DNA of 47,463 nucleotides from Chthoniobacterales bacterium (GTDB lineage Bacteria > Verrucomicrobiota > Verrucomicrobiia > Chthoniobacterales > CAKUMP01). Positions 18,172 through 26,224 of this stretch are shown here, one piece after another. The stretch lies in assembly GCA_041748815.1 (NCBI GenBank), contig JBGTCP010000593.1, positions 1 through 47,463 of the forward strand, in the 5' to 3' direction. The notes under the pieces are model-generated. The model searched no databases. It was not told the origin of the DNA and was given only the letters and a program-made list of their open reading frames with translations. The position numbers and the translations under genes were made by a program. Positions within the stretch are counted from its first letter, which is position 1. Each line of letters opens with the position of its first letter.

Positions 18172-19203
18172 ATGAAGCGGGCATCTTTACGGAGTATTGC
18201 AGACAAGGCAGGAGTCTCCGAGATGACCGTGTCCCGCGCACTCCGGAACCATCCGGAAGTGTCCAGCAAAACACGGGATCGTATTCTTCAGATTGCGAAT
18301 CAACTGGGCTACCGTCCGGATCCTCAGATCATTAAAATGATGCAGTATATGAGGACGTCGGAGAAACGTGAACTCAGCGAGAACCTTGGATTTCTCTGGC
18401 TGGATTCGACACGTGAGGACATCCAGGCAAGTCTGTATCTCGACCAGCTTATGAACGGGGCGGTTGACCGGGCACGTCAGTTGGGATTCGGGATCGAGCA
18501 ATTCTGGCTTACGGATCCCGGCATGAGCATGCGTCGGATCGACCGTATCCTGCAGGCGCGTGGCATCACCGGGCTGATTATTTCTCCAATTCAGCGCCAT
18601 TTGAACATCGAGCTGGAGTTGGAATGGGATCGTTATGCCTGTGTGCTTATCGGCGATGGTCATCTTGCTCCTCCGCTGCATCGTGTGCAGCACCACCATT
18701 ATCAGGGCATGAGTTTGGCGATGACTAAGCTTGCAGCAGCGGGATTCCGGCGCCCGGGGATGTTCCTGCTTAGCGGCAGTCCAGAGCGGCAGGATCACAA
18801 ATGGGAAGCAAGCTTTTTAATCCACCATCCCCTGGGTGTTCGCGAGGCATCTGACTTGTTGCTGGTGGGTGCGGGGATTACCATGAAGACTGTCCGGGAA
18901 TGGATCCAATCCTGTAAACCCGATGTTCTGCTGGTTCAAAGTGAACTGGATCCTGGACTGATCTCACCTGCTAAAAAGCGGAAACAAAAGCTGCCCTCCT
19001 TCGTTGTCATGGACTGGAACTCCAACCACCTTGATCGGAAGATTGCAGGGATCGATCAGCAATACGCTCTCTCTGGAGCTACCGCTGTGGACCTCGTGAC
19101 TGCCCATATCTACCGGAATGAGAAAGGCGTGCCGCCCCATGCCAAACTGGTATTGAGTGAGGGCCGGTGGGTTGCCGGCGACTCTCTGAAGCAGCCCGCT
19201 TAG
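18172..19203 (+). CDS. LacI-family transcriptional regulator
   Basis: HTH ASLRSIADKAGVSEMTVSRALRN plus a sugar-binding-type C-terminal domain. Divergent from the SDR/FAD pair. Confidence 0.85.
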   Translation: MKRASLRSIADKAGVSEMTVSRALRNHPEVSSKTRDRILQIANQLGYRPDPQIIKMMQYMRTSEKRELSENLGFLWLDSTREDIQASLYLDQLMNGAVDRARQLGFGIEQFWLTDPGMSMRRIDRILQARGITGLIISPIQRHLNIELELEWDRYACVLIGDGHLAPPLHRVQHHHYQGMSLAMTKLAAAGFRRPGMFLLSGSPERQDHKWEASFLIHHPLGVREASDLLLVGAGITMKTVREWIQSCKPDVLLVQSELDPGLISPAKKRKQKLPSFVVMDWNSNHLDRKIAGIDQQYALSGATAVDLVTAHIYRNEKGVPPHAKLVLSEGRWVAGDSLKQPA

Positions 19204-19772
19204 AGCGGGGTGATCTTCACTGACCGCAAGTAGAAATCGCCACCCCACGCATTGATGCGAATGTCGTAGCTCTCAAGTTGCTGACCGATTTCATCCTCCA
19301 GGGAAGTTACGCCGAAGTTCGGGTTCATGATCTCGAAGGTCAGCGTTTGCCAACTGCGTTGATTGCCCCATCCTTCAGCCACGGTTGCGCCTCCTTCACG
19401 GGTGGACGCCAGCACTTCCACTTTCGTGTTGGCTTCATGGCAGTAAACAATTTCCACACGCACCATGGGAGACTGCTCACCCTGCAGATCAGCTTCAGTG
19501 ACACGCAGGAAGAAAGATCGCTTCCATTCGTCCTCGGGCACCGAACGGTGACCTGAAATCCATGCTTCTTCCTCGTCTCCAGTGATGTTTACTTTGCGGT
19601 GCCCGACATTGTCGCGCAGAAATGTGAGGCCCTGTTCGATGGGTTCTTCCGCGAATTCGATAAACACATCATTTTCCTCCTGAGCATGAGCTGCAGGAAT
19701 GGCGGCGAAAAGGGAAAGTGTTGTTAGTGTTACTTTTAATGCGGCGGTAATGTTTGGGAGCAGTTTTTTCAT
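19200..19772 (-). CDS. Secreted single-domain protein of an unassigned family, paralogous to the two N-terminal repeats of the 1400-aa protein at 27520
   Basis: Signal peptide MKKLLPNITAALKVTLTTLSLFAAIPAAHA. WISGHRSVPEDEWKRSFFLRV matches WVSGPGSVPADEWARSFLLRV at 15 of 21 positions. YDIRINAWGGDFYLRSVKI matches YDLRINAAAGDFHLRSVVI at 14 of 19 positions. Confidence 0.7.
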   Translation of the reverse strand: MKKLLPNITAALKVTLTTLSLFAAIPAAHAQEENDVFIEFAEEPIEQGLTFLRDNVGHRKVNITGDEEEAWISGHRSVPEDEWKRSFFLRVTEADLQGEQSPMVRVEIVYCHEANTKVEVLASTREGGATVAEGWGNQRSWQTLTFEIMNPNFGVTSLEDEIGQQLESYDIRINAWGGDFYLRSVKITPL

Positions 19773-19870
19773 AAAGATGGTGCGAGGGAGATGCGCTCCG
19801 AGTTGGAGGACTGATTAACATAGAGCACTTATTGCAAGCGCAGGCAAGAGTTTTCCTTCCATGCTTGGTG

Positions 19871-19893
19871 AAAAAATGCAGTCTGCATTTTTT
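19871..19893. promoter_or_regulatory. 23-bp odd palindrome A6-TGCAGTCTGCA-T6 in a divergent promoter region
   Basis: AAAAAATGCAGTCTGCATTTTTT is perfectly symmetric around 19882. It lies between the minus-strand gene start at 19772 and the pseudopilin cassette start. Confidence 0.3.
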
Positions 19894-19952
19894 TTACATT
19901 CCGCTTTGACATTTCTCTGAAAAAATGGAAAGTGTTACTACTGTTACTCCCC

Positions 19953-20618
19953 ATGCATTCTTCATTCACTATTTTCCCGTTTCTTCGACGCTGCCGTTTT
20001 GAGCTGGTTCCGCTCAGGGCAACGCGCAAAGGCTTCACCTTGATTGAGTTGCTTGCCACCATAGGCATCATCAGTGTGTTGGTAGGTCTGACCATTCCCG
20101 CCCTGCAGTCGATCACGCGTGCGGGTGGGGTGACAAATGCGGCCGCTATGCTTTCCGATGTGCTTCAAGCGGGCCGCGCCTCCGCCATGGCAGGCTCCAC
20201 CTTCGTTTATGTGGGCATCCGGTCTGAGGACGGTGCCATGAGTGCCATTCTGATGGCTTCACCAACCGCCCAACGCGGTAACACTTCCAACCTAAACGTG
20301 ATTGGCCGCCCTCTGCGCTTGGAAGGCATTACTTTGAACGATGCACTTCAACTGCCTGGTGTTCCGGAGGGCGATGGCATCTATACTCTCGAGGATTCCG
20401 ATTTCACGGCGCTGAATTATCAATCGGGTGCCGGGCCTGTGACATTTTCCAAAGTCATCCGCTTCGCCCCGGATGGATCAGCGACATTGATCCAGAATTC
20501 TCCGGCAAGAGGCATCGCCATCGGACTAGATGCTTACCCACCCACGGAGCAACCTGCCGATAGTGCGGTAGTCTATTTAAATGGCGTGAATGGCAGTGTC
20601 GAAGTTTTCCGCTTATAA
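19953..20618 (+). CDS. Prepilin-type N-terminal cleavage/methylation domain protein (pseudopilin 1 of cassette)
   Basis: RKGFTLIELLATIGIISVLVGL is the canonical G|FTLIE prepilin peptidase site plus a hydrophobic helix. ATG at 19953. The ORF-track start at 19932 is a GTG. Confidence 0.8.
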   Translation: MHSSFTIFPFLRRCRFELVPLRATRKGFTLIELLATIGIISVLVGLTIPALQSITRAGGVTNAAAMLSDVLQAGRASAMAGSTFVYVGIRSEDGAMSAILMASPTAQRGNTSNLNVIGRPLRLEGITLNDALQLPGVPEGDGIYTLEDSDFTALNYQSGAGPVTFSKVIRFAPDGSATLIQNSPARGIAIGLDAYPPTEQPADSAVVYLNGVNGSVEVFRL

Positions 20619-20645
20619 TGTGTTGAACCGCTTCCCCCCTCGACC

Positions 20646-21134
20646 ATGATTTCCCCCATGTTACGAAAGGCCATTTCTATTCGGCGTGCGTTCACGCTGA
20701 TTGAAGTGACGCTTTCTCTGGGTATCATTGCTTTTGCTCTGGTACTTCTGGTGGCCGTCCTGCCGGTGGGCTTGCAAAGCAACCGCGAAGCGCGGGAGGA
20801 AACCATCGCAGTGAGCCTCATCCACGCTCTCATTCAGGACCGGCGTTTTTCGCCGCCGGATCAGGAGTCGCGAACGTACGGACTTCCGCCACTCGAAGGA
20901 CTTGCTTCTGGCGCACCGAAGATCAGCGATTTCGGTCCATGGATTTTCTCCGAAGATCTGCAAAAGGTAGAGCCGGGGGATGCGGTACCAGGTATCGCTG
21001 AGTTGCGCATCCGGCGAATCCTTCCGACGGGCGATTCTATTGAACCAGTCAGAATGCAAATCCAGGTGCGCTGGCCAGCTGGTGCTCCGGATGAAGCTTC
21101 TGTTCGAACCCTGAATACGGTGGCCCTTTTCTGA
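20646..21134 (+). CDS. Prepilin-type N-terminal domain protein (pseudopilin 2)
   Basis: RRAFTLIEVTLSLGIIAFALVLLVAVL. 162 aa. Confidence 0.75.
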   Translation: MISPMLRKAISIRRAFTLIEVTLSLGIIAFALVLLVAVLPVGLQSNREAREETIAVSLIHALIQDRRFSPPDQESRTYGLPPLEGLASGAPKISDFGPWIFSEDLQKVEPGDAVPGIAELRIRRILPTGDSIEPVRMQIQVRWPAGAPDEASVRTLNTVALF

Positions 21135-21149
21135 CTGGAAATTTTTTTG

Positions 21150-22049
21150 ATGCCCTCCATTTTTTCCAGATTCAACGAATGTGCGGCGATCAGACAGGCC
21201 AACGCTTTCATCAGCCACTGCCCGATTGTGAGGCAACGGGCATTTTCGCTGATCGAAATGCTCGTTGCGATGGCAGTGCTTGCTGTCCTGGGGGTGATCA
21301 TTGCTCAAGCGATCAATCTTTCATCCACCGCTCTCTCGCGAAGCGATAAAGACATGAGTGCAATCGCTCAGATGCGATTGGCGCTGGACCGGCTTGGCGC
21401 GGATCTCGCAGGCGGGGTGGTGCGTAGAGATGTGCCCATTCACGTTGAAAAACTCCCGGGAAATGATCGCCTGCTTTTTTACAGCCCCGTTCCATCCGCG
21501 CTTCCGACTTCAGCGCCGCGCTCTATCTCAAGGATCGCCTATCGCGTTGAACCTGCTGGATCGACCAATGCCCACCAGCTAGCCCGCGCCGCGGTCGGAC
21601 TCAGCTGGACGGCTGCAGAGAATCATCTGGTAACCATTGCCTCGGACTCGCCAATTGGAGCACCCGGTTTTCCACCGGATGACCGCTTTGATATTCTGGC
21701 TAATTCGATCTTTCGATTTGAAGTAAGCTTTGTATCGCACTCCTCCGCTGCGGCACCGGGAATGGTGTTCACCAACTTCCCTGCCACGCCTGCGGAATGG
21801 ATTGAAAAAGTGGGTGCCATTCGTATCACTGTGGCCGCTTTGGATACGGAAAGCCGCAAGATGCTCCCGGACGGACAGATTCCGGTGGCGCTGGCAAATC
21901 AATTTCCGGATGCCGTCGACGGGCAGTCCACCATTGCCTCGTGGAATGAGATTGCTGTAGATGCCACCGCGCTTTCCGCAGCTGCTGGCATCCCGGCCGG
22001 AGTGGCTTCCTCAGTCAGGGTTTTTGAACGCACTATTCCGATTCGTTAA
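21150..22049 (+). CDS. Prepilin-type N-terminal domain protein (pseudopilin 3, GspJ/PulJ-like)
   Basis: QRAFSLIEMLVAMAVLAVLGVI. ATG at 21150. The ORF-track start at 21147 is a TTG. Confidence 0.75.
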   Translation: MPSIFSRFNECAAIRQANAFISHCPIVRQRAFSLIEMLVAMAVLAVLGVIIAQAINLSSTALSRSDKDMSAIAQMRLALDRLGADLAGGVVRRDVPIHVEKLPGNDRLLFYSPVPSALPTSAPRSISRIAYRVEPAGSTNAHQLARAAVGLSWTAAENHLVTIASDSPIGAPGFPPDDRFDILANSIFRFEVSFVSHSSAAAPGMVFTNFPATPAEWIEKVGAIRITVAALDTESRKMLPDGQIPVALANQFPDAVDGQSTIASWNEIAVDATALSAAAGIPAGVASSVRVFERTIPIR

Positions 22050-22050
22050 T

Positions 22051-25000
22051 ATGAGCCCTTCATCTTTTAGATTTGCATCGCAACGAAGAGAAGGTGCTGC
22101 GCTCGTTTTGACTTTGGCGGCCATTGTATTGCTTTCAATCATCGTGGTCTCCTTTTTGAACCGGGCAACCGAAAAGCGTAAAATCGCCTTCTCTAGTGCC
22201 GGAATGGCGAGGGCAGAATGGGCGGCAGATGCTGGAATGAAGACAATTCTCGGAGATCTGCGAGAGGAGATGCGGGCGGGTTCGCGACTGAATAATGATC
22301 CATCCGGCACGGAGTACACACAGGAGGGAGTGCGGATTCTTGTTCCCAGCAGTAACCGCAATGCAGTGCCGTTCCGTCCGGGTCCGGTTATTCATCCGAA
22401 TGTGGTAAAAGTGAGTCGCGGCGGGCAATTGCTGTGGTCCACAAATATTTTTCATGAATCTGTTCCCGCCCCGATCCGGTCATTTGTGGGGAATTCCACC
22501 AGCACAGAGTCAGTGAACCGCCGGAGCATCCCTCCTGAGGCATGGTTGCTCCCTGAACTCATGGGCAACACGTTGCCTGCCTCGTGGGTTGATCCTGATT
22601 GGGTCGTTTTGACCAGATCCGGCGCCGTCAATCTCAACGCCAGCCATCCCGAACACACTCCGGCGGAGATATCGGAACTCTCAGATCAGGAAGCAGGGAA
22701 TCCGATGACTGCTATTGGCCGCTTTGCGTTTGTTATTTACGATGTGGGAGGTCTGTTGGACATCAACGTTGCTGGCAACGCTTTGGACACGCAGAGCAAC
22801 TGGCGGAAGAGCCGGCTTCACCAGGCTGCACTCGGCTATCTTCCGCTGGCAAACGACAGCATTGGCTCGGCCGCAAATGTGAATGCTGCAAACGATCTTA
22901 TCGCCTGGCGGAGTCCCTCCGCTTCCACTGATAGCACCTATTTATTTGATCCAGCGACCTCATTCCGTGAGGTGAAGCCCGGGGATCGCATGTTTGTCAG
23001 CCGGATGGATCTTGTGAATGCAGCTCGCGACCTTCCGTTTGTGCGCTCTCAGGCGTTGCAGTATCTCACTGTTTTCTCCCGCGAACTCAATGCTCCGAGT
23101 TATACTCCTAATCCTGGGCGCCCCAAGGTGGTCTCGGCGAATTCGGCTTATCCGGGAAATCCCTCGCGCGGAAATGTGGGCGCAGGCAACCCGAATACAT
23201 TCAATGCAGATGACACCATCAACCCCAGCCTGGTAAACACCCGCGACTCGACCGGTCAACCGGCAATGAAGCAGCGCTTTCCCTTGTCCAGACTCGCATG
23301 GATTACTCCCGACGGCCCCGCAGCTGGCCGCGCGGACGATATCAAAACGTATTTTGGATTAGTCTGGGATTCCTCAGAGGAGGGATGGATTTACACTTCT
23401 CCGGATCAAACCACCGAAGCAGCGCAGATCAACCGTCTGGGGGAAATACCAGCCGTCAGACTGGCTGACTCGGGACCGGATTTTTTCGAGCTATTGCAGG
23501 CCTGCATCAAAGCGGGATCTTTGGGACGGGATGCAGGGCCTTATGGCATCGAATTCAATCCAAGCTACGAACCAGGTCCGGCATCGGATATTCAGATCTA
23601 CGATCAGAACACCGAATTTCAAATTCTGCAGGTCGGAGCAAATCTGATCGATCAATATGATACGGACAGCTTTCCAACACAAATAGCCTTTAATGGTCAC
23701 TATTTCTGGGGAATCGAGAACCTGCCTTATTTGAACCGGTTGTTTCTGTGGAAAACGTTTTATGCGGATTCAACAACGGTTTTTCCAAAGACCTATCATG
23801 CGGGCTTCTGGTTTGTTCCGGAAATTTGGAATCCGCATTTAAATATGCCGGTGACCGGACTTCCGATGGCGGACGCACCGGCCAATTTCCGTTTTCGTGC
23901 ATCGAGTCGATGGTTGCCACCAGGAGCTAGAAATGAAGCCATTCCCGTTCAGATCAACGGTGTGCCGGCGTCTCCGAATCCCAATCCGGATCTTCGCAAC
24001 TCCGAGTACATTCAGTTTCCAAGGGCAACGGCGGTTACAGCCACCGAGCGTCCGCGTCGGTTAAGGCAATCCAACAGCACCTCGCCATTTCCACAAAATA
24101 CCCCGGCGATTAATGAACTCTTTGGAGATTTTGGAACGGGTCCACTTAACGCGGATCTGATTGGTCTCTGGGTGGGCCGGGGAGTTTGGGCCGATATACC
24201 TCCGGCTAATGATCAAGGCGGGAGGTTTGTCTCGGTGACTCCGGTTTTTCCAGGCTTCACTTCGTTTGTTCTTGAATATGAAAAACGTCCGGGCGTGTTT
24301 CTTCCTTATTCCCAAACGAAGTATATCCGCTCAAAAACGGATGGAGGCGTGGCCTCAGGACCCTATTACTATCAAAAGGCCGATCCCCGAACGGACAGAT
24401 TCGGGTTGAGTTTGCAGATCTGGAATCATTGGGGTGATTCATGGTATGGTCCCGACCAGCCTCTGCGTAGAGATCCGAACTATTCGACAGGCCGCAATTC
24501 ACGTAACCATTTCCCGTGGCCTACTCCGAATTCAGCATTCTCGTATTTTTATGGGAATACACCGCAGCAGGTTTTTGATCGCTATTATCCCGCAGGCTTT
24601 GTGGAGAACATTCGCGGTGGTGTCTCGTGGTATAGAGATCCCGATGGTGTGGTGCGCGGGGGTGAGGGATTCCATGCCGCTGGCAATGCCATCTCGCAGG
24701 CCAGGATGGTTCTGCCCGGACAGGAGTACACACAGCCCATGATATTGAACCGCCCGTTCAGGAACGTGGGGGATATGGGGTATGCTTTCCGAGATTTGCC
24801 ATGGCGTAATCTGGATTTCTTCGGAGGCATGGATATTGGTGATCCTCAATTTCCATCTCAGGCAGTGCCAATGTCCGGGGATGCAGCTTTGTTGGATGCT
24901 TTTTGCATCGATGAGGAGCCCGTGATCGCCGGAACCGTGAACCTCAACTCCCGGCAACCTCTGGTGCTGGCTTCCCTGCTCGCAGCGACCTCGAAATGGG

Positions 25001-25491
25001 ACAGGCTGGCCGAAGAGCAGCCTGCAAGTATGACCAGCGCTCCGAGGCATGTGCTGTCTGCGGCACCAACCGATTCCGATGCCATGAACATAGCACAAAG
25101 ACTGGTGGCATTGACCTCGGATGATTCCAACGCGGCGGCTGGTGCTCCGCCACGCGGACCTCTACTGAATAAGGCGGAGCTCGCAACGCGGTTGCAGCGT
25201 GAGTTGCAGAACGCCGACTTCACCAATGGAGGCGACAGTTTCTGGGCGACTGTGGACAGGGTCACGAAGTTCCGCCGGGAGACTGCCGTGCGGGCGCTTT
25301 CAGCAACTGGATCAACCCGCACATGGAATCTGATGGTGGACATTATTGCTCAATCCGGAAGATTTCCTCCGAATGCTTCTACGGCCGATGACTTTGTGGT
25401 CGAAGGCGTCAAAAGGTATTGGTGGCATCTCGCAGTGGATCGATATACAGGTGAAATCGTGGATGAACTTCTGGAGCCGGTGTATGATTAA
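22051..25491 (+). CDS. Very large (1146 aa) GspK-like terminal member of the pseudopilin cassette
   Basis: The start at MSPSSFRFASQRREGAALVLTLAAIVLLSIIVVSF lies 1 nt after the previous stop. The RxGxALV.TL..I.LL helix is GspK-like. The remaining ~1100 aa has no motif I can assign. Confidence 0.7.
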   Translation: MSPSSFRFASQRREGAALVLTLAAIVLLSIIVVSFLNRATEKRKIAFSSAGMARAEWAADAGMKTILGDLREEMRAGSRLNNDPSGTEYTQEGVRILVPSSNRNAVPFRPGPVIHPNVVKVSRGGQLLWSTNIFHESVPAPIRSFVGNSTSTESVNRRSIPPEAWLLPELMGNTLPASWVDPDWVVLTRSGAVNLNASHPEHTPAEISELSDQEAGNPMTAIGRFAFVIYDVGGLLDINVAGNALDTQSNWRKSRLHQAALGYLPLANDSIGSAANVNAANDLIAWRSPSASTDSTYLFDPATSFREVKPGDRMFVSRMDLVNAARDLPFVRSQALQYLTVFSRELNAPSYTPNPGRPKVVSANSAYPGNPSRGNVGAGNPNTFNADDTINPSLVNTRDSTGQPAMKQRFPLSRLAWITPDGPAAGRADDIKTYFGLVWDSSEEGWIYTSPDQTTEAAQINRLGEIPAVRLADSGPDFFELLQACIKAGSLGRDAGPYGIEFNPSYEPGPASDIQIYDQNTEFQILQVGANLIDQYDTDSFPTQIAFNGHYFWGIENLPYLNRLFLWKTFYADSTTVFPKTYHAGFWFVPEIWNPHLNMPVTGLPMADAPANFRFRASSRWLPPGARNEAIPVQINGVPASPNPNPDLRNSEYIQFPRATAVTATERPRRLRQSNSTSPFPQNTPAINELFGDFGTGPLNADLIGLWVGRGVWADIPPANDQGGRFVSVTPVFPGFTSFVLEYEKRPGVFLPYSQTKYIRSKTDGGVASGPYYYQKADPRTDRFGLSLQIWNHWGDSWYGPDQPLRRDPNYSTGRNSRNHFPWPTPNSAFSYFYGNTPQQVFDRYYPAGFVENIRGGVSWYRDPDGVVRGGEGFHAAGNAISQARMVLPGQEYTQPMILNRPFRNVGDMGYAFRDLPWRNLDFFGGMDIGDPQFPSQAVPMSGDAALLDAFCIDEEPVIAGTVNLNSRQPLVLASLLAATSKWDRLAEEQPASMTSAPRHVLSAAPTDSDAMNIAQRLVALTSDDSNAAAGAPPRGPLLNKAELATRLQRELQNADFTNGGDSFWATVDRVTKFRRETAVRALSATGSTRTWNLMVDIIAQSGRFPPNASTADDFVVEGVKRYWWHLAVDRYTGEIVDELLEPVYD

Positions 25492-26224
25492 GCCAAGATC
25501 AATAGTGTGTTGGGTGCTGATGCTCCCGGGGTTTTCTTTCGCAGAACTTTCCTCGATCACTCCCCCCCAGGAGCCGATCCTTGCCAGAGCGCCTGCAAGT
25601 TCTCAATGGACCGTGCGGGTAACACCCCGGCGGCAGTCTTCAACAGCATCGGACCCGGCACAGGAGGACGGGCCTGTTTTGCTACGCCAGATCGTTGTCA
25701 CCAAATCCGGCGATGTCCGCCGCCAGATCAAATCTTACTCCAACGGATCCAGCACCGTGGAGTGGTTCAAGGGCTCTGTCTTCTTCAGCCCGGGCACCAA
25801 CTCCTCACTTTATCTCATGATGGATGCGCGATTCGAACCTACCCAATTTGACCCCTCGGAAATTGATTTTGAAATGATGGAGTGGCTTAAATCGGAGCAT
25901 TTTGTGAAAGCCGTGAAGGTAAATGATCGTGTTGCCTACGAGTTTGAGTACAAGCCGGTCGAGATCGATGAGAACGACAGTTATGCAGAGCACCGGCGTA
26001 CGCTCATGGAACAACGCGGCATCCGCGTGGGAGCCACCAAGGCCTGGGTAGATGTGGAAACACGTCTTCCCATCTCAATGACAGACGAACAATATTCCTA
26101 CGCATTTGAATTTGAGCTCACCGGCGGAGAGCGCTTGGTGATTCCAGAGGATATTGTTGCACAATACGAACTCTACGAGAAGTCGTTGCTTGGTCCTCAA
26201 GTGAACTACATGAAAAAACGATGA
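25484..26224 (+). CDS. Secreted hypothetical protein
   Basis: Signal peptide MIKPRSIVCWVLMLPGFSFA. The start overlaps the upstream stop by 8 nt, and the stop overlaps the next ATG (ATGA at 26221-26224). Confidence 0.6.
   Translation: MIKPRSIVCWVLMLPGFSFAELSSITPPQEPILARAPASSQWTVRVTPRRQSSTASDPAQEDGPVLLRQIVVTKSGDVRRQIKSYSNGSSTVEWFKGSVFFSPGTNSSLYLMMDARFEPTQFDPSEIDFEMMEWLKSEHFVKAVKVNDRVAYEFEYKPVEIDENDSYAEHRRTLMEQRGIRVGATKAWVDVETRLPISMTDEQYSYAFEFELTGGERLVIPEDIVAQYELYEKSLLGPQVNYMKKR

Noticed and set aside
19871-19893. Interpreting the A6...T6 palindrome as a bidirectional intrinsic terminator.
   Set aside because: It lies between two diverging gene starts. The stem is mostly A-T with a 3-nt loop, so it is treated as a possible operator instead.
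20661-21308. 215-aa and 146-aa minus-strand ORFs overlapping pseudopilin genes 2 and 3.
   Set aside because: They are antisense shadows of genes with clear prepilin motifs. Their composition is Arg/Ser-rich with no motifs.
21961-22050. 30-codon extension of the giant pseudopilin-like ORF overlapping the previous gene, and likewise the 46-codon extension at 25346-25483.
   Set aside because: The internal starts give the expected basic-then-hydrophobic N-termini and tight operon spacing.
24532-25343. Minus-strand ORFs of 188, 161, 81 and 80 aa inside the 1146-aa gene.
   Set aside because: These are shadow ORFs in a GC-rich coding region. They have low-complexity Arg/Pro/Ser-rich translations.
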